Assembly: GCF_050920415.1 (NCBI RefSeq)
Contig: NZ_CP169309.1
Reading direction: 5' to 3' (one strand)
From: Escherichia coli
GTDB lineage: Bacteria > Pseudomonadota > Gammaproteobacteria > Enterobacterales > Enterobacteriaceae
DNA: 64,000 nucleotides
The notes beneath the pieces were generated by a model that worked only from the letters and a program-made list of their open reading frames with translations, ran no database searches and was not told where the DNA came from. Position 1 is the stretch's first letter. Each line of letters opens with the position of its first letter. The translations under genes and the position numbers were made by a program. This document shows positions 9,818 to 23,310 of the stretch, in pieces.

Positions 9818-9848
9818 GGCAGGAGAGATACCCCTGCCGTTTTTTATT
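9818..9848 (+). terminator. Rho-independent terminator after gltX
   Basis: cggcagg...cctgccg hairpin followed by T6. Confidence 0.7.
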
Positions 9849-10240
9849 TATTCTGATTCATCTATGTCGAGACGAGCAAGGAAATGACGAATTCCTTCAC
9901 GTGACAAAAATTGCGCAACTTTTTCCTGCTCACTGTGAGTCATGTTGTCTATTGCGCTGATGATTTGCCGATAAGCGGGAGTGCGAATCCCCGGTGCATA
10001 TTCGGCAAGCGGTTCTTCGGCTTCCAGAAGCATCGGCGTGTTATGGAAGGCTGGCGTGTTCTGAATAAACTCGCAAACTTGCGTATCGACCAGAATAAGT
10101 CTGGCACGACCGCCTTTCACGCCGGGAAATTTTTCCGTTTTCCAGCCTTTCTCTCTGATCCAACGGTTAACAGTTTGTTTAGCCACACCGAGGCATTCCG
10201 CCAGTTCTTCGGTGGTCATTTTATTGCGTAATCTTTTCAT
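9848..10240 (-). CDS. yfeD: Putative DNA-binding protein YfeD
   Basis: 130 aa; paralogous to upstream gene (shared TINKWVRKEGW / TVNRWIREKGW HTH region); position between gltX and tRNA-Ala as in K-12. Confidence 0.85.
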   Translation of the reverse strand: MKRLRNKMTTEELAECLGVAKQTVNRWIREKGWKTEKFPGVKGGRARLILVDTQVCEFIQNTPAFHNTPMLLEAEEPLAEYAPGIRTPAYRQIISAIDNMTHSEQEKVAQFLSREGIRHFLARLDIDESE

Positions 10241-10241
10241 A

Positions 10242-10601
10242 TTATTTGCTATCGCGAATCCCTAAGCGTTGTAATAACCCGATAATCCCTTCCCGCAGAA
10301 GCAAGGATGTAAACTGTTTTTGTTCAACTGGCGTCATCTCTTTCGCCAGTGTCACCAGTAACACTTCAAGCGGCGTATCACCAGACAGGGCAGGTGCTTC
10401 TCCCTGACCTTCCGGACGCTCTGCATTCCGAATATATTCACGAACCTGTTCATTGACGTGAACCAGTCTGGCTTTGCCACCCTGGACGCCTGGTTTTGGT
10501 GACGTCGTCCAGCCTTCCTTGCGTACCCATTTATTAATGGTCTGACGGCTATAACCGGTCAGTCTGGCAAGTTCATCTGGCGTCATCCTCTCCTTGAACA
10601 T
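10242..10601 (-). CDS. yfeC: Putative DNA-binding protein YfeC (start codon uncertain; may begin a few codons downstream)
   Basis: 119-aa ORF, 2-nt gap to yfeD; paralogue of YfeD. Confidence 0.85.
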   Translation of the reverse strand: MFKERMTPDELARLTGYSRQTINKWVRKEGWTTSPKPGVQGGKARLVHVNEQVREYIRNAERPEGQGEAPALSGDTPLEVLLVTLAKEMTPVEQKQFTSLLLREGIIGLLQRLGIRDSK

Positions 10602-10821
10602 AACAATTCCCTGAATGTATGTAGGTCTATTAGCGGTTCATTTTATAACACCACTTTACAGGAAACCGTGACATGAATAACTACTGAATGCGAGCGGTTT
10701 TCCAAAATTGTTCATTTGCCTGATTTTTCAGCGATTGAAACTACACGCTGCAATTTGCCGTTGACACATTCGGGCGGAATTCATATGATGCCGCCCGTCA
10801 ACTCGACAAGCTTTACGTGAT

Positions 10822-10897
<76 letters not shown>

Positions 10898-10936
10898 AAT
10901 TTTGCACCCAGCAAATTTGGTACGTAAACGACTCGT

Positions 10937-11012
<76 letters not shown>

Positions 11013-11020
11013 AATTTCAA

Positions 11021-11048
11021 ACCCTCGCTGCAAAGCGGGGGTTTTTTG
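11021..11048 (+). terminator. Rho-independent terminator after the tRNA-Ala pair
   Basis: GC hairpin (ccctcgctg caa agcggggg) followed by T6. Confidence 0.7.
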
Positions 11049-11218
11049 TCTCTGCCTTTTGCCGCTTTTGTAATACAGTCTACATCCTGGCAGTGCCGTG
11101 TGGTGAATGCATCACTGACTGAAAAAACAGCAACAGGCTGGCCCCTGTTTGCTTCGCGATGCGAATAAACTTATTATTTGTGTGCCTGAAAACCCCGATC
11201 AGTGAGAGTAGTGTACTC

Positions 11219-13408
11219 ATGTTTGTGGAGCATAACCTGATAAAAAATATCAAGATATTCACACTAGCGTTTACGCTCACCGTGGTACTTATTCAGCTAT
11301 CCCGTTTTATTTCGCCACTTGCCATTATCCATTCCAGTTATATCTTTCTGGCGTGGATGCCACTGTGCGTAATGCTGTCAATCTTGTTTATCTTTGGCTG
11401 GCGCGGTGTCGTTCCCGTTTTATGCGGGATGTTTTGCACCAATCTGTGGAACTTTCATCTCTCTTTTTTACAGACCGCGGTCATGCTCGGCAGCCAGACG
11501 TTTGCAGTCCTGTGTGCCTGTGCAATATTACGCTGGCAATTGGGAACGCGTTGGCGTTATGGTTTGACCAGCCGATACGTCTGGCAACGTCTCTTCTGGC
11601 TTGGTTTGGTGGCACCGATTGGCATCAAATGCAGCATGTATCTTGTGGGGAATTTCTTTGATTTTCCGCTAAAGATATCTACCTTTTTCGGCGATGCGGA
11701 TGCCATTTTCACGGTCGTTGATTTGCTAAGCCTTTTCACCGCAGTGCTGATTTACAACATGCTGTTTTACTATCTCACCCGCATGATTGTAAGTCCCCAC
11801 TTTGCGCAGATACTGTGGCGCAGGGATATCGCTCCGTCGTTGAGCAAAGAGAAACGCGCATTTACCTTAAGCTGGCTGGCAGCTCTTAGCGTGCTGCTAC
11901 TTCTGATGTGTACACCGTATGAAAATGACTTCATTGCCGGTTACCTGGTACCTGTTTTCTTTATCATCTTTACCCTCGGGGTCGGTAAGCTTCGCTATCC
12001 GTTTTTAAATCTCACCTGGGCTGTTTCAACGCTTTGCCTGCTGAATTACAACCAGAACTTTTTGCAAGGGGTACTAACCGAATATTCGCTGGCATTTATT
12101 CTCGCAGTGCTGATTTCCTTTAGTGTTTGCCTGCTCTATATGGTGCGCATTTATCATCGTAGTGAATGGCTTAACCGACGCTGGCATTTGCAGGCGCTGA
12201 CCGATCCGTTAACGCTCTTACCCAACTTTCGCGCGTTGGAACAAGCACCAGAGCAAGAGGCTGGCAAGAGTTTTTGCTGCCTGCGTATTGATAACCTTGA
12301 GTTTATGAGTCGTCATTACGGGTTAATGATGCGCGTTCACTGTATCCGCTCAATTTACCGTACGTTAATGCCGCTGATGCAGGAAAACGAAAAGTTGTAT
12401 CAATTGCCGGGGAGTGAACTGCTATTAGTACTGAGCGGGCCGGAAACGGAAGGGCGACTCCAGCATATGGTTAACATCCTGAATAGTCGGCAAATTCACT
12501 GGAACAATACCGGGCTGGATATGGGCTATGGTGCTGCCTGGGGGCGTTTTGATGGAAATCAGGAAACCCTGCAACCCTTGTTGGGGCAGTTAAGCTGGCT
12601 GGCGGAGCAATCCTGCGCACATCATCATGTGCTGGCGCTGGATAGCAGAGAGGAGATGGTTTCCGGGCAGACCACTAAACAGGTGCTATTGCTGAATACC
12701 ATTCGCACGGCGTTAGATCAGGGGGATTTGCTGCTCTACGCCCAGCCAATTCGCAACAAAGAGGGTGAAGGTTATGATGAGATCCTCGCGCGACTGAAAT
12801 ATGACGGCGGCATTATGACCCCGGATAAGTTTCTGCCCCTTATTGCTCAGTTTAACCTTAGCGCGCGTTTTGATTTGCAAGTGCTGGAATCCTTGTTGAA
12901 GTGGCTGGCCACACACCCTTGCGACAAAAAAGGCCCGCGCTTTTCAGTTAATTTAATGCCGCTCACGCTGCTACAAAAGAATATTGCCGGGCGGATTATT
13001 CGTCTGTTTAAGCGTTATCACATCTCCCCGCAGGCGGTCATTCTTGAGATCACCGAGGAGCAGGCGTTTTCTAACGCAGAAAGCAGCATGTACAACATCG
13101 AGCAGCTGCATAAGTTTGGTTTCCGGATTGCGATTGATGATTTTGGCACCGGCTATGCCAACTACGAACGGTTAAAGCGTTTGCAGGCTGATATCATCAA
13201 AATCGATGGCGTCTTTGTGAAAGATATCGTCACGAACACGCTGGATGCGATGATTGTGAGATCAATTACCGATCTGGCGAAAGCGAAGTCATTGAGTGTG
13301 GTCGCGGAGTTTGTCGAGACGCCACAGCAGCAGGCGCTATTGCATAAGCTCGGGGTGCAATATCTGCAAGGGTATTTGATTGGTCGCCCTCAGCCATTAA
13401 CTGATTAA
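11219..13408 (+). CDS. pdeA: c-di-GMP phosphodiesterase PdeA (YfeA), MASE1 membrane domain plus degenerate GGDEF and EAL domains
   Basis: Long ORF with N-terminal multi-TM region and C-terminal EAL signature (ILEITEEQ, IAIDDFGTGYAN, IKIDGVFV); start placed at MFVEHNLIK as recalled for K-12 (ORF track begins 20 codons upstream). Confidence 0.85.
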   Translation: MFVEHNLIKNIKIFTLAFTLTVVLIQLSRFISPLAIIHSSYIFLAWMPLCVMLSILFIFGWRGVVPVLCGMFCTNLWNFHLSFLQTAVMLGSQTFAVLCACAILRWQLGTRWRYGLTSRYVWQRLFWLGLVAPIGIKCSMYLVGNFFDFPLKISTFFGDADAIFTVVDLLSLFTAVLIYNMLFYYLTRMIVSPHFAQILWRRDIAPSLSKEKRAFTLSWLAALSVLLLLMCTPYENDFIAGYLVPVFFIIFTLGVGKLRYPFLNLTWAVSTLCLLNYNQNFLQGVLTEYSLAFILAVLISFSVCLLYMVRIYHRSEWLNRRWHLQALTDPLTLLPNFRALEQAPEQEAGKSFCCLRIDNLEFMSRHYGLMMRVHCIRSIYRTLMPLMQENEKLYQLPGSELLLVLSGPETEGRLQHMVNILNSRQIHWNNTGLDMGYGAAWGRFDGNQETLQPLLGQLSWLAEQSCAHHHVLALDSREEMVSGQTTKQVLLLNTIRTALDQGDLLLYAQPIRNKEGEGYDEILARLKYDGGIMTPDKFLPLIAQFNLSARFDLQVLESLLKWLATHPCDKKGPRFSVNLMPLTLLQKNIAGRIIRLFKRYHISPQAVILEITEEQAFSNAESSMYNIEQLHKFGFRIAIDDFGTGYANYERLKRLQADIIKIDGVFVKDIVTNTLDAMIVRSITDLAKAKSLSVVAEFVETPQQQALLHKLGVQYLQGYLIGRPQPLTD

Positions 13409-13419
13409 CAGGCGTAAAA

Positions 13420-13535
13420 AAAGCAGGGAATTATCCCCGGCTTTTGTGGCTGATGACAAACAGAAAAATGCCTGATGCGCTACGCTTATCAGGCCTACAT
13501 GGAATTGAAGCCGGGGAATTATCCCCGGCTTTTTA
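13420..13535. repeat. REP-type extragenic palindrome (gcctgatgcgctacgcttatcaggcctac) flanked by two copies of a terminator hairpin (ccggggaattatccccgg)
   Basis: Read from sequence; convergent pdeA/nupC intergenic region. Confidence 0.7.
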
Positions 13536-13550
13536 ATTAATGAATTGGAC

Positions 13551-14753
13551 TTACAGCACCAGTGCTGCGATTGACGCAGACAGCACACTCACCAGAGTAG
13601 AGCCGTAAACCAGTTTCAGACCGAAGCGAGAAACCACGTTACCTTGCTCTTCATTCAGGCCTTTAACTGCACCTGCGATAATCCCGATAGAAGAGAAGTT
13701 AGCGAAGGAAACCAGGAACACAGAGATGATGCCTTCAGCACGCGGAGAGAGCGTGGAAGCAATTTTCTGCAGATCCATCATCGCAACGAACTCGTTGGAA
13801 ACCAGTTTGGTCGCCATAATACTGCCCACTTGCAGTGCTTCACTGGAAGGAACACCCATCACCCAAGCAACCGGATAGAAGATGTAGCCCAGGATGCCCT
13901 GGAAGGAGATGCTGTAGCCAAACCAGCCAGTCACAGTGGCAAACAGTGCGTTCAGCGCAGCGATCAGGGCGATAAAGCCGATCAGCATCGCGGCAACGAT
14001 AATGGCAACTTTGAAACCTGCCAGAATGTATTCACCCAGCATTTCGAAGAAGCTCTGACCTTCGTGCAGGTTGGACATCTGAATGTTTTCTTCACTGGCA
14101 TCAACACGGTAAGGGTTGATCAGCGACAGCACGATAAAGGTGCTGAACATGTTCAGTACCAGCGCCGCAACGACGTATTTCGGCTCCAGCATCGTCATGT
14201 ATGCACCAACGATGGACATCGACACGGTGGACATCGCCGTAGCTGCCATGGTGTACATACGATTGCGGGAGATTTTGCCGAGGATATCTTTATAGGCAAT
14301 AAAGTTTTCAGACTGACCCAGAATCAGAGAGCTGACGGCGTTGAAGGATTCCAGTTTGCCCATACCGTTGACTTTGGAGAGCAGGAAACCAATTGCGCGG
14401 ATAATCACCGGCAACACGCGAATGTGCTGGAGAATACCGATCAGCGCAGAGATAAAGACGATTGGGCACAGCACTTTCAGGAAGAAGAATGCCAGGCCTT
14501 GATCATTCATGCTACCAAAGACGAAGTTAGTCCCTTCGTTGGCAAATCCGAGCAGTTTCTCAAACATTTCGGAGAAGCCTTTCACGAAGCCCAAACCAAC
14601 GTCGGAGTTCAGGAAGAACCACGCCAGTAACACTTCGATAACAAGCAGTTGAATAACATAACGGATACGAATTTTTTTGCGGTCGCTGCTTACCAGCAGT
14701 GCGAGAATCGCAACAACGGCAAGTGCCAGTACAAAATGAAGGACGCGGTCCAT
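13551..14753 (-). CDS. nupC: Nucleoside:H+ symporter NupC
   Basis: Polytopic membrane protein of 400 aa from MDRVLHF (ORF track adds 13 codons upstream); concentrative nucleoside transporter family. Confidence 0.9.
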   Translation of the reverse strand: MDRVLHFVLALAVVAILALLVSSDRKKIRIRYVIQLLVIEVLLAWFFLNSDVGLGFVKGFSEMFEKLLGFANEGTNFVFGSMNDQGLAFFFLKVLCPIVFISALIGILQHIRVLPVIIRAIGFLLSKVNGMGKLESFNAVSSLILGQSENFIAYKDILGKISRNRMYTMAATAMSTVSMSIVGAYMTMLEPKYVVAALVLNMFSTFIVLSLINPYRVDASEENIQMSNLHEGQSFFEMLGEYILAGFKVAIIVAAMLIGFIALIAALNALFATVTGWFGYSISFQGILGYIFYPVAWVMGVPSSEALQVGSIMATKLVSNEFVAMMDLQKIASTLSPRAEGIISVFLVSFANFSSIGIIAGAVKGLNEEQGNVVSRFGLKLVYGSTLVSVLSASIAALVL

Positions 14754-15079
14754 ATTTGCTCCAAATATGAGGCAGGTTAAATTTCCGTGCACATTCTATG
14801 TAACATGGTTAAGGAAAACGAGATCTGACACACACTATAATGACGTCCTGTGACAAGCTTCAAAAATAGTGAGCTGTCATACATTTCTGCTATGTTGTGT
14901 ATGGAAGCTGAAAGTTATGTAAATGTGCTAACATTAAACATAATCACAACATTCAAGTCATCAATCTTTTCGTCGTCATAATTCTGGTCTATCAAAGAAA
15001 TCATCACAATCCACTTAAATGAATTTGATAATCATTCTCGTTTGACATAGCATGAAACATAGCAAAGGCTATGTTTTAG

Positions 15080-16327
<1,248 letters not shown>

Positions 16328-16355
16328 TTCAACTGGCGTCGTACCAGGCATCACT

Positions 16356-16445
16356 GGCGGATGCGGCGTAAAACGCCTTATCCGCCCTACACATTAAAGA
16401 GCCGGTTTGTAGGCCTGATAAGACGCGCTAGCGTCGCATCAGGCA
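16356..16445. repeat. BIME: two inverted REP elements
   Basis: ggcggatgcggcgtaaaacgccttatccgccctaca and tgtaggcctgataagacgcgctagcgtcgcatcaggc match the REP consensus. Confidence 0.8.
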
Positions 16446-16468
16446 TTGTGCTCCAGTGGCGAATGTGT

Positions 16469-16795
16469 TTAATGGCGATGCCCATGTCCGCGGCCCTTTC
16501 CGCGATGATCATCACGATCGCGCCAGCCTTCACGATAGCCACGCTCATAGGCTTTACGCTTATCCCAGCCACGGTGGTAGCCATTATCATGACGCCACCA
16601 GCGGTTTTTACGCCATTCATAATTGCGATGCCAGTAGTCACGGTCGCGCCAGTGACCACCGTCCCAGTAATTACCGTAATGATCGCGATCGCCAATTTGT
16701 AATTTGATTGATGGCAGTAGGGTGATTTCACCTGCGTTTGCCACAAGCGGGGTAAATGCCATCAGGGCGGCCGCCAGAAACAGTGACCTGAACAT
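16469..16795 (-). CDS. ypeC: Secreted low-complexity protein YpeC (DUF2502-type), His/Arg/Trp/Asp-rich
   Basis: 108 aa with N-terminal signal peptide ([21 protein letters not shown]) and repetitive W/R/D/H-rich tail. Confidence 0.85.
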   Translation of the reverse strand: MFRSLFLAAALMAFTPLVANAGEITLLPSIKLQIGDRDHYGNYWDGGHWRDRDYWHRNYEWRKNRWWRHDNGYHRGWDKRKAYERGYREGWRDRDDHRGKGRGHGHRH

Positions 16796-16909
16796 TGTTA
16801 TTCTCCTTCACGATCGAAGCCGTCAGCGGCCTGTTAACGCAATATTACGGGGAGGTAAAGCCCCGTATCATCGCCATAACTCTTAAATCATAAAGGAGAG
16901 CATTTTTTG

Positions 16910-18166
16910 CTAAATGTTATCGTGGGGTGGCTGTTGCTTCGGACGATTGACTATCATCATCGGCTTACCTGCTAATAACAGCCATGCCGGAAGCATGACG
17001 ATACAGAGCAGCGGTAGCAATGTGGTATTGGGTACAACGACTGCCGCCATAAAAAGACTTAACCAGCCATCGCGTGTTACCACCAGCACGATGCCGAGAA
17101 TAGCGCAGGAAACGGTTATTGCCGCTGGAACGGCGGGAACGTGCTCATGCAGCATCAATCCTAATGCCACGCCGACAAACACTGCCGGGAAGATTCGCCC
17201 ACCGCGAAAGCCGCTGGCGGCAGCAACCACGAGAGCGGCAAGTTTAATCACTGCCAGCAAAAAGTAATCGCTGGTGCTGAAAGCCTGATTTGCCACCATC
17301 TGCTGCATCTCATCCAGCCCTTTAAATAGCGAAACCGGTCCAGCAATAACCCCCAGAATACCGAGAATAAATCCGCCAACTCCTAGCATTAGCACCGGAT
17401 TTTTAATCTGATGCATCATCGCGTGCAACCGTGGCAGACACCATACGGCAACCATCCCTGCTGCGATGGCAATAGCCGCCACAATTGCACCGCTGAGAAT
17501 ATCGGTCATCTCCATCTGCCCATAATGCGCAATGGGCAGTGAAAAATGAGGATGGAAAAATAATCCGGTAGTAAGTGCACCAGCTGCTGCGGCCATTAAC
17601 GGCGCAAAGAGACGGTCCCATAGCGGAACCTCATTACTGCCATTTAAGGTTTGCGAAAATATCAACGCCGCTGCAACAGGTGTGCCAAACAGCGCGCCGA
17701 TGGTTCCGGCAGAGGCTAAAATAGTCCACTCCATTCGGTTGACGCGCGGTAACAGACGAGCGCCAATGGCGACGGCAAGGGCGATATTGACGGTCATGAT
17801 CGGATGTTCCGGCCCGAGACTGACGCCGCCAGCAAGACCGAGAATTAATGCTACGATAAGTCCTGGTAGCGCAGAGGGCGGAACCGGTGCGCCGATCAGC
17901 GGTTCACAGGCGGGGTCTGGCCCGGCATGCCCCTGGCTGAAACGGATAACCAACCCCACCGCAATACCTGTTAGCGTTAATATGGCGATGATCCAGAAAG
18001 GTGAATCCTGGGCTATCCCCAGAGTTCCCGGCAGTCGTTGCCAGAGCAAATTCTGTAATACCGAGGCGATTTTCATCACCACAATCAGAATAAGACTGGA
18101 CGCAATCCCAATTGCCACGGCGGGGAGCGATAATAACAACATGGTTCTGGCTCGCGGATGGAGCAT
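16910..18166 (-). CDS. yfeO: Putative ion-transport membrane protein YfeO (ClC-like)
   Basis: 418-aa polytopic membrane protein; position between ypeC and glk as in K-12. Confidence 0.85.
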   Translation of the reverse strand: MLHPRARTMLLLSLPAVAIGIASSLILIVVMKIASVLQNLLWQRLPGTLGIAQDSPFWIIAILTLTGIAVGLVIRFSQGHAGPDPACEPLIGAPVPPSALPGLIVALILGLAGGVSLGPEHPIMTVNIALAVAIGARLLPRVNRMEWTILASAGTIGALFGTPVAAALIFSQTLNGSNEVPLWDRLFAPLMAAAAGALTTGLFFHPHFSLPIAHYGQMEMTDILSGAIVAAIAIAAGMVAVWCLPRLHAMMHQIKNPVLMLGVGGFILGILGVIAGPVSLFKGLDEMQQMVANQAFSTSDYFLLAVIKLAALVVAAASGFRGGRIFPAVFVGVALGLMLHEHVPAVPAAITVSCAILGIVLVVTRDGWLSLFMAAVVVPNTTLLPLLCIVMLPAWLLLAGKPMMIVNRPKQQPPHDNI

Positions 18167-18369
18167 GTTCTATTCCTTATGCAGGGTCAGATACTTAGTT
18201 TGCCCAGCTTGCAAAAAGGCATCGCTGCAATTGGTGCTGAAACGATAAAGTAATTGTGTGACCCAGATCGATATTTACAGGGAGCCTGCCTTTCCGGCGT
18301 TGTTGTTATGCCCCCAGGTATTTACAGTGTGAGAAAGAATTATTTTGACTTTAGCGGAGCAGTTGAAGA

Positions 18370-19335
18370 ATGACAAAGTATGCATTAGTCGGTGATGTGG
18401 GCGGCACCAACGCACGTCTTGCTCTGTGTGATATTGCCAGTGGTGAAATCTCGCAGGCTAAGACCTATTCAGGGCTTGATTACCCCAGCCTCGAAGCGGT
18501 CATTCGCGTTTATCTTGAAGAACATAAGGTCGAGGTGAAAGACGGCTGTATTGCCATCGCTTGCCCAATTACCGGTGACTGGGTGGCAATGACCAACCAT
18601 ACCTGGGCGTTCTCAATTGCCGAAATGAAAAAGAATCTCGGTTTTAGTCATCTGGAAATTATTAACGACTTTACCGCTGTATCGATGGCGATCCCGATGC
18701 TGAAAAAAGAGCATCTGATTCAGTTTGGTGGCGCAGAACCGGTAGAAGGTAAACCTATTGCGGTTTACGGTGCCGGAACAGGGCTTGGGGTTGCGCATCT
18801 GGTTCATGTTGATAAACGCTGGGTAAGCTTGCCAGGCGAAGGCGGTCACGTTGATTTTGCGCCGAATAGTGAAGAAGAGGCCATTATCCTCGAAATACTG
18901 CGTGCAGAAATTGGTCATGTTTCGGCAGAGCGCGTGCTTTCTGGTCCTGGGCTGGTGAATTTGTATCGCGCGATTGTGAAAGCCGACAACCGCCTGCCAG
19001 AAAATCTCAAGCCAAAAGATATTACCGAACGTGCGCTGGCTGACAGCTGCACCGATTGCCGCCGCGCGTTGTCGCTGTTTTGCGTCATTATGGGCCGTTT
19101 TGGCGGCAATCTGGCGCTCAATCTCGGGACATTTGGCGGCGTGTTTATTGCCGGTGGTATCGTGCCGCGCTTCCTTGAGTTCTTCAAAGCCTCTGGTTTC
19201 CGTGCCGCATTTGAAGATAAAGGGCGCTTTAAAGAATATGTCCATGATATTCCGGTGTATCTCATCGTCCATGACAATCCGGGCCTTCTTGGTTCCGGTG
19301 CACATTTACGCCAGACCTTAGGCCACATTCTGTAA
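18370..19335 (+). CDS. glk: Glucokinase
   Basis: 321 aa; N-terminal ATP-binding [11 protein letters not shown] motif. Confidence 0.95.
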   Translation: MTKYALVGDVGGTNARLALCDIASGEISQAKTYSGLDYPSLEAVIRVYLEEHKVEVKDGCIAIACPITGDWVAMTNHTWAFSIAEMKKNLGFSHLEIINDFTAVSMAIPMLKKEHLIQFGGAEPVEGKPIAVYGAGTGLGVAHLVHVDKRWVSLPGEGGHVDFAPNSEEEAIILEILRAEIGHVSAERVLSGPGLVNLYRAIVKADNRLPENLKPKDITERALADSCTDCRRALSLFCVIMGRFGGNLALNLGTFGGVFIAGGIVPRFLEFFKASGFRAAFEDKGRFKEYVHDIPVYLIVHDNPGLLGSGAHLRQTLGHIL

Positions 19336-19553
19336 ATCCTTCCTGTTATATCGGGAGGTAACTCTCCCGATAATCTTTTAAATCATACAGTTAATTCAAT
19401 TTTTCTTTGTGTCTCCTCACAAGGCCGACCTGCGTCACACTTCCGTACAGCGGGATTAATTCTCCAGTAAATGCATTATTTGTCTGGTAACGGCGATTTG
19501 TTTTGCACGTTCATAATTTCACTCGTCAACTATCACTGAACGAGGAATTAACG

Positions 19554-19880
19554 ATGAGTAAGAAACTGATTGCCTTATGTGCCTGCCCAATGGGCCTGGC
19601 TCACACCTTTATGGCCGCTCAGGCGCTGGAAGAAGCGGCGGTAGACGCCGGTTATGAAGTGAAAATTGAAACCCAGGGTGCGGACGGCATCCAGAATCGT
19701 CTGACCGCGCAGGATATCGCCGAAGCGACCATCATCATCCACTCCGTGGCGGTTACCCCGGAAGATAACGAACGTTTCGAATCACGCGACGTTTATGAAA
19801 TCACTTTGCAGGACGCAATTAAAAACGCTGCGGGCATCATCAAAGAAATCGAAGAGATGATTGCCTCTGAACAACAGTAA
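19554..19880 (+). CDS. fryB: PTS fructose-like EIIB component FryB
   Basis: 108 aa from MSKKLIALCACPMG (PTS IIB Cys-phosphorylation motif); ORF track start is 17 codons upstream. Confidence 0.9.
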   Translation: MSKKLIALCACPMGLAHTFMAAQALEEAAVDAGYEVKIETQGADGIQNRLTAQDIAEATIIIHSVAVTPEDNERFESRDVYEITLQDAIKNAAGIIKEIEEMIASEQQ

Positions 19881-19901
19881 TATTCGACAGGGATAATTGT
19901 T

Positions 19902-21149
19902 ATGGCCATTAAAAAACGCAGTGCAACCGTTGTGCCTGGCGCATCCGGTGCGGCAGCGGCAGTTAAGAATCCGCAGGCCTCTAAAACCAGCTTCTGGGGT
20001 GAACTCCCGCAGCATGTGATGTCAGGGATTTCACGCATGGTGCCGACCTTAATTATGGGCGGTGTGATCCTCGCTTTCAGCCAGCTGATTGCTTATAGCT
20101 GGCTTAAAATTCCTGCGGATATCGGCATCATGGATGCGCTTAATAGCGGGAAATTCTCCGGTTTCGACCTCTCCTTACTGAAGTTTGCCTGGCTGTCACA
20201 GTCCTTTGGTGGCGTGCTGTTTGGCTTTGCCATACCGATGTTTGCCGCTTTTGTGGCGAACTCTATCGGTGGCAAACTGGCATTCCCGGCTGGTTTTATC
20301 GGCGGCTTGATGTCTACCCAGCCGACGCAACTGCTGAACTTCGATCCCAGCACGATGCAATGGGCGACCTCTTCGCCGGTGCCGTCCACCTTCATTGGTG
20401 CCCTGATTATTTCCATCGTTGCCGGTTACCTTGTGAAGTGGATGAACCAGAAAATCCAGTTACCGGATTTCCTGTTAGCGTTCAAAACCACATTTTTGCT
20501 ACCGATTCTTTCCGCCATTTTTGTCATGCTGGCGATGTACTACGTCATCACCCCCTTTGGTGGCTGGATTAACGGTGGTATCCGTACCGTGCTGACTGCC
20601 GCAGGTGAGAAGGGCGCGCTAATGTATGCGATGGGTATCGCAGCAGCGACAGCAATCGACCTTGGTGGCCCGATCAACAAAGCCGCAGGTTTCGTTGCCT
20701 TCAGCTTTACCACTGACCACGTATTACCGGTCACCGCACGTTCTATCGCTATCGTTATTCCACCGATTGGTCTGGGTCTGGCGACCATTATTGACCGTCG
20801 TTTAACCGGCAAACGCCTGTTCAACGCTCAGCTTTATCCGCAGGGTAAAACCGCCATGTTCCTTGCCTTTATGGGGATCAGTGAGGGTGCGATTCCGTTT
20901 GCGCTGGAAAGCCCCATCACCGCCATTCCGTCGTATATGGTTGGCGCGATTGTCGGCTCAACCGCCGCAGTCTGGCTGGGTGCAGTTCAATGGTTCCCGG
21001 AATCTGCTATCTGGGCATGGCCGCTGGTCACTAACCTCGGTGTCTATATGGCGGGGATCGCGCTGGGAGCAATCATTACTGCGCTGATGGTGGTGTTCCT
21101 GCGTCTGATGATGTTCCGTAAAGGCAAATTGTTAATCGATAGCCTGTAA
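19902..21149 (+). CDS. fryC: PTS fructose-like EIIC component FryC
   Basis: 415-aa polytopic membrane protein downstream of fryB. Confidence 0.9.
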   Translation: MAIKKRSATVVPGASGAAAAVKNPQASKTSFWGELPQHVMSGISRMVPTLIMGGVILAFSQLIAYSWLKIPADIGIMDALNSGKFSGFDLSLLKFAWLSQSFGGVLFGFAIPMFAAFVANSIGGKLAFPAGFIGGLMSTQPTQLLNFDPSTMQWATSSPVPSTFIGALIISIVAGYLVKWMNQKIQLPDFLLAFKTTFLLPILSAIFVMLAMYYVITPFGGWINGGIRTVLTAAGEKGALMYAMGIAAATAIDLGGPINKAAGFVAFSFTTDHVLPVTARSIAIVIPPIGLGLATIIDRRLTGKRLFNAQLYPQGKTAMFLAFMGISEGAIPFALESPITAIPSYMVGAIVGSTAAVWLGAVQWFPESAIWAWPLVTNLGVYMAGIALGAIITALMVVFLRLMMFRKGKLLIDSL

Positions 21150-21163
21150 GAAGGACAATCCTG

Positions 21164-22249
21164 ATGACATTACTCGCTTCGCTGCGCGACTGGCTTAAGG
21201 CGCAACAACTGGATGCGGTGCTTCTCTCCTCACGGCAGAACAAACAACCGCATCTGGGGATCTCCACCGGATCAGGCTATGTGGTGCTTAGCCGTGAAAA
21301 TGCGCACATTCTGGTGGATTCGCGCTATTACGCGGATGTGGAAGCCCGTACGCAAGGCTACCAGATGCATTTGCTTGATGCGACGCACACGCTTGCAACC
21401 ATCGTCAGGCAAATCATTGCCGATGAACAGCTGCAAACGCTCGGTTTTGAAGGCCAGCAGGTGAGTTGGGAAACCGCGCACCGCTGGCAGGCTGAACTCA
21501 ATGCGAAATTGGTAAGCGCCACGCCGGACGTACTGCGGCAAATCAAAACGCCAGAGGAGGTGGAGAAAATCCGTCTCGCCTGTGGGATTGCCGATCGCAG
21601 TGTGCAACATATTCGCCGTTTTATTCAGGCGGGGATGAGCGAATGCGAGATAGCCGCTGAACTGGAGTGGTTTATGCGCCAGCAGGGGGCAGAAAAAGCC
21701 TCTTTTGACACCATTGTCGCCAGCGGCTGGCGTGGGGCGCTGCCGCACGGCAAAGCCAGCGACAAGATTGTTGCAGCGGGCGAGTTTGTCACTCTCGATT
21801 TCGGTGCGCTGTATCAGGGCTACTGCTCTGATATGACGCGCACCTTGCTGGTGAATGGCGAAGGGGTGAGCGCCGAATCTCACCCACTGTTTGATGTGTA
21901 TAACATTGTCCTGCAGGCACAGCTCGCGGCAATCTCCGCGATTCGCCCCGGCGTGCGCTGCCAACAGGTTGACGACGCCGCGCGCCGGATCATTACAGAA
22001 GCCGGTTATGGTGACTATTTTGGTCACAACACTGGTCATGCTATCGGCATTGAAGTCCATGAAGAGCCGCGTTTTTCACCGCGGGACACCACGACGCTAC
22101 AGCCAGGGATGTTACTGACCGTGGAGCCGGGGATTTATTTGCCAGGGCGAGGGGGCGTGCGCATCGAAGATGTCGTGCTGGTTACCCCGCAAGGCGCGGA
22201 AGTGCTCTACGCCATGCCAAAAACAGTGTTGCTCACGGGAGAGGCATAA
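21164..22249 (+). CDS. ypdF: Xaa-Pro aminopeptidase YpdF (M24 family)
   Basis: 361 aa; M24 metal-binding region ([15 protein letters not shown]). Confidence 0.9.
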   Translation: MTLLASLRDWLKAQQLDAVLLSSRQNKQPHLGISTGSGYVVLSRENAHILVDSRYYADVEARTQGYQMHLLDATHTLATIVRQIIADEQLQTLGFEGQQVSWETAHRWQAELNAKLVSATPDVLRQIKTPEEVEKIRLACGIADRSVQHIRRFIQAGMSECEIAAELEWFMRQQGAEKASFDTIVASGWRGALPHGKASDKIVAAGEFVTLDFGALYQGYCSDMTRTLLVNGEGVSAESHPLFDVYNIVLQAQLAAISAIRPGVRCQQVDDAARRIITEAGYGDYFGHNTGHAIGIEVHEEPRFSPRDTTTLQPGMLLTVEPGIYLPGRGGVRIEDVVLVTPQGAEVLYAMPKTVLLTGEA

Positions 22250-23286
22250 TGGATTTATCGCTATTAAAAGCGTTGAGCGAGGCAGATGCGATCGCCTCCT
22301 CGGAACAGGAAGTGCGGCAGATCCTGCTGGATGAAGCGGATCGACTGCAAAAAGAAGTGCGATTTGATGGCCTGGGATCGGTGCTGATCCGCCTCAATGA
22401 ATCGACAGGTCCGAAGGTGATGATCTGTGCGCATATGGACGAAGTGGGATTTATGGTGCGTAGCATCTCCCGCGAAGGGGCGATTGATGTCCTGCCAGTT
22501 GGCAATGTGCGCATGGCTGCCCGCCAGCTTCAGCCAGTACGGATCACTACTCGTGAAGAGTGCAAAATTCCCGGTTTGCTCGATGGCGAGCGGCAGGGGA
22601 ATGACGTCAGCGCCATGCGCGTGGACATTGGTGCGCGCTCGTATGACGAAGTGATGCAGGCAGGTATTCGTCCGGGCGATCGTGTCACGTTTGATACCAC
22701 TTTTCAGGTTCTCCCTCACCAGCGAGTGATGGGTAAAGCCTTTGATGACCGCCTCGGTTGCTACCTGCTGGTGACGTTACTACGTGAGCTGCACAACACC
22801 GAGCTGCCTGCGGAAGTGTGGCTGGTGGCAAGTTCCAGCGAAGAGGTGGGATTACGCGGCGGGCAAACCGCCACCCGCGCGGTGTCGCCGGACATCGCCA
22901 TTGTGCTTGATACCGCCTGCTGGGCGAAAAACTTTGATTATGGCGCGGCTAACCATCGCCAGATTGGTAACGGCCCGATGCTGGTGTTAAGCGACAAGTC
23001 GCTGATTGCGCCGCCAAAACTTACCGCGTGGATCGAAACCGTGGCGGCAGAAATTGGCGTGCCGTTACAGGCGGATATGTTCAGCAACGGCGGCACGGAT
23101 GGCGGGGCGGTACATTTAACCGGCACTGGCGTACCCACAGTGGTGATGGGGCCAGCAACCCGCCACGGACATTGCGCCGCATCGATTGCCGACTGCCGCG
23201 ACATTTTGCAGATGCAGCAGCTTTTATCTGCCCTTATTCAACGTCTTACCCGTGAGACGGTTGTTCAACTGACGGATTTCAGATGA
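22249..23286 (+). CDS. ypdE: Aminopeptidase YpdE (M42 family)
   Basis: 345 aa; start overlaps ypdF stop. Confidence 0.9.
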   Translation: MDLSLLKALSEADAIASSEQEVRQILLDEADRLQKEVRFDGLGSVLIRLNESTGPKVMICAHMDEVGFMVRSISREGAIDVLPVGNVRMAARQLQPVRITTREECKIPGLLDGERQGNDVSAMRVDIGARSYDEVMQAGIRPGDRVTFDTTFQVLPHQRVMGKAFDDRLGCYLLVTLLRELHNTELPAEVWLVASSSEEVGLRGGQTATRAVSPDIAIVLDTACWAKNFDYGAANHRQIGNGPMLVLSDKSLIAPPKLTAWIETVAAEIGVPLQADMFSNGGTDGGAVHLTGTGVPTVVMGPATRHGHCAASIADCRDILQMQQLLSALIQRLTRETVVQLTDFR

Positions 23287-23310
23287 TCTCCTGATTAACC
23301 CGGAGCGGTT

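Noticed and set aside
11159-11218. Upstream extension of pdeA (ORF track start MRINLLFVCLK)
   Set aside because: The recalled K-12 protein starts at MFVEHNLIK. The extension begins right at the tRNA-Ala terminator and would leave no room for a promoter or RBS.
13644-14630. 328-aa ORF antisense to nupC
   Set aside because: Shadow ORF inside nupC; His/Arg/Asp-rich nonsense-like composition.
18613-19305. 230-aa and 137-aa ORFs antisense to glk
   Set aside because: Embedded in the glk coding sequence on the opposite strand; no independent support.
21272-22060. 262-aa ORF antisense to ypdF
   Set aside because: Shadow ORF within ypdF.
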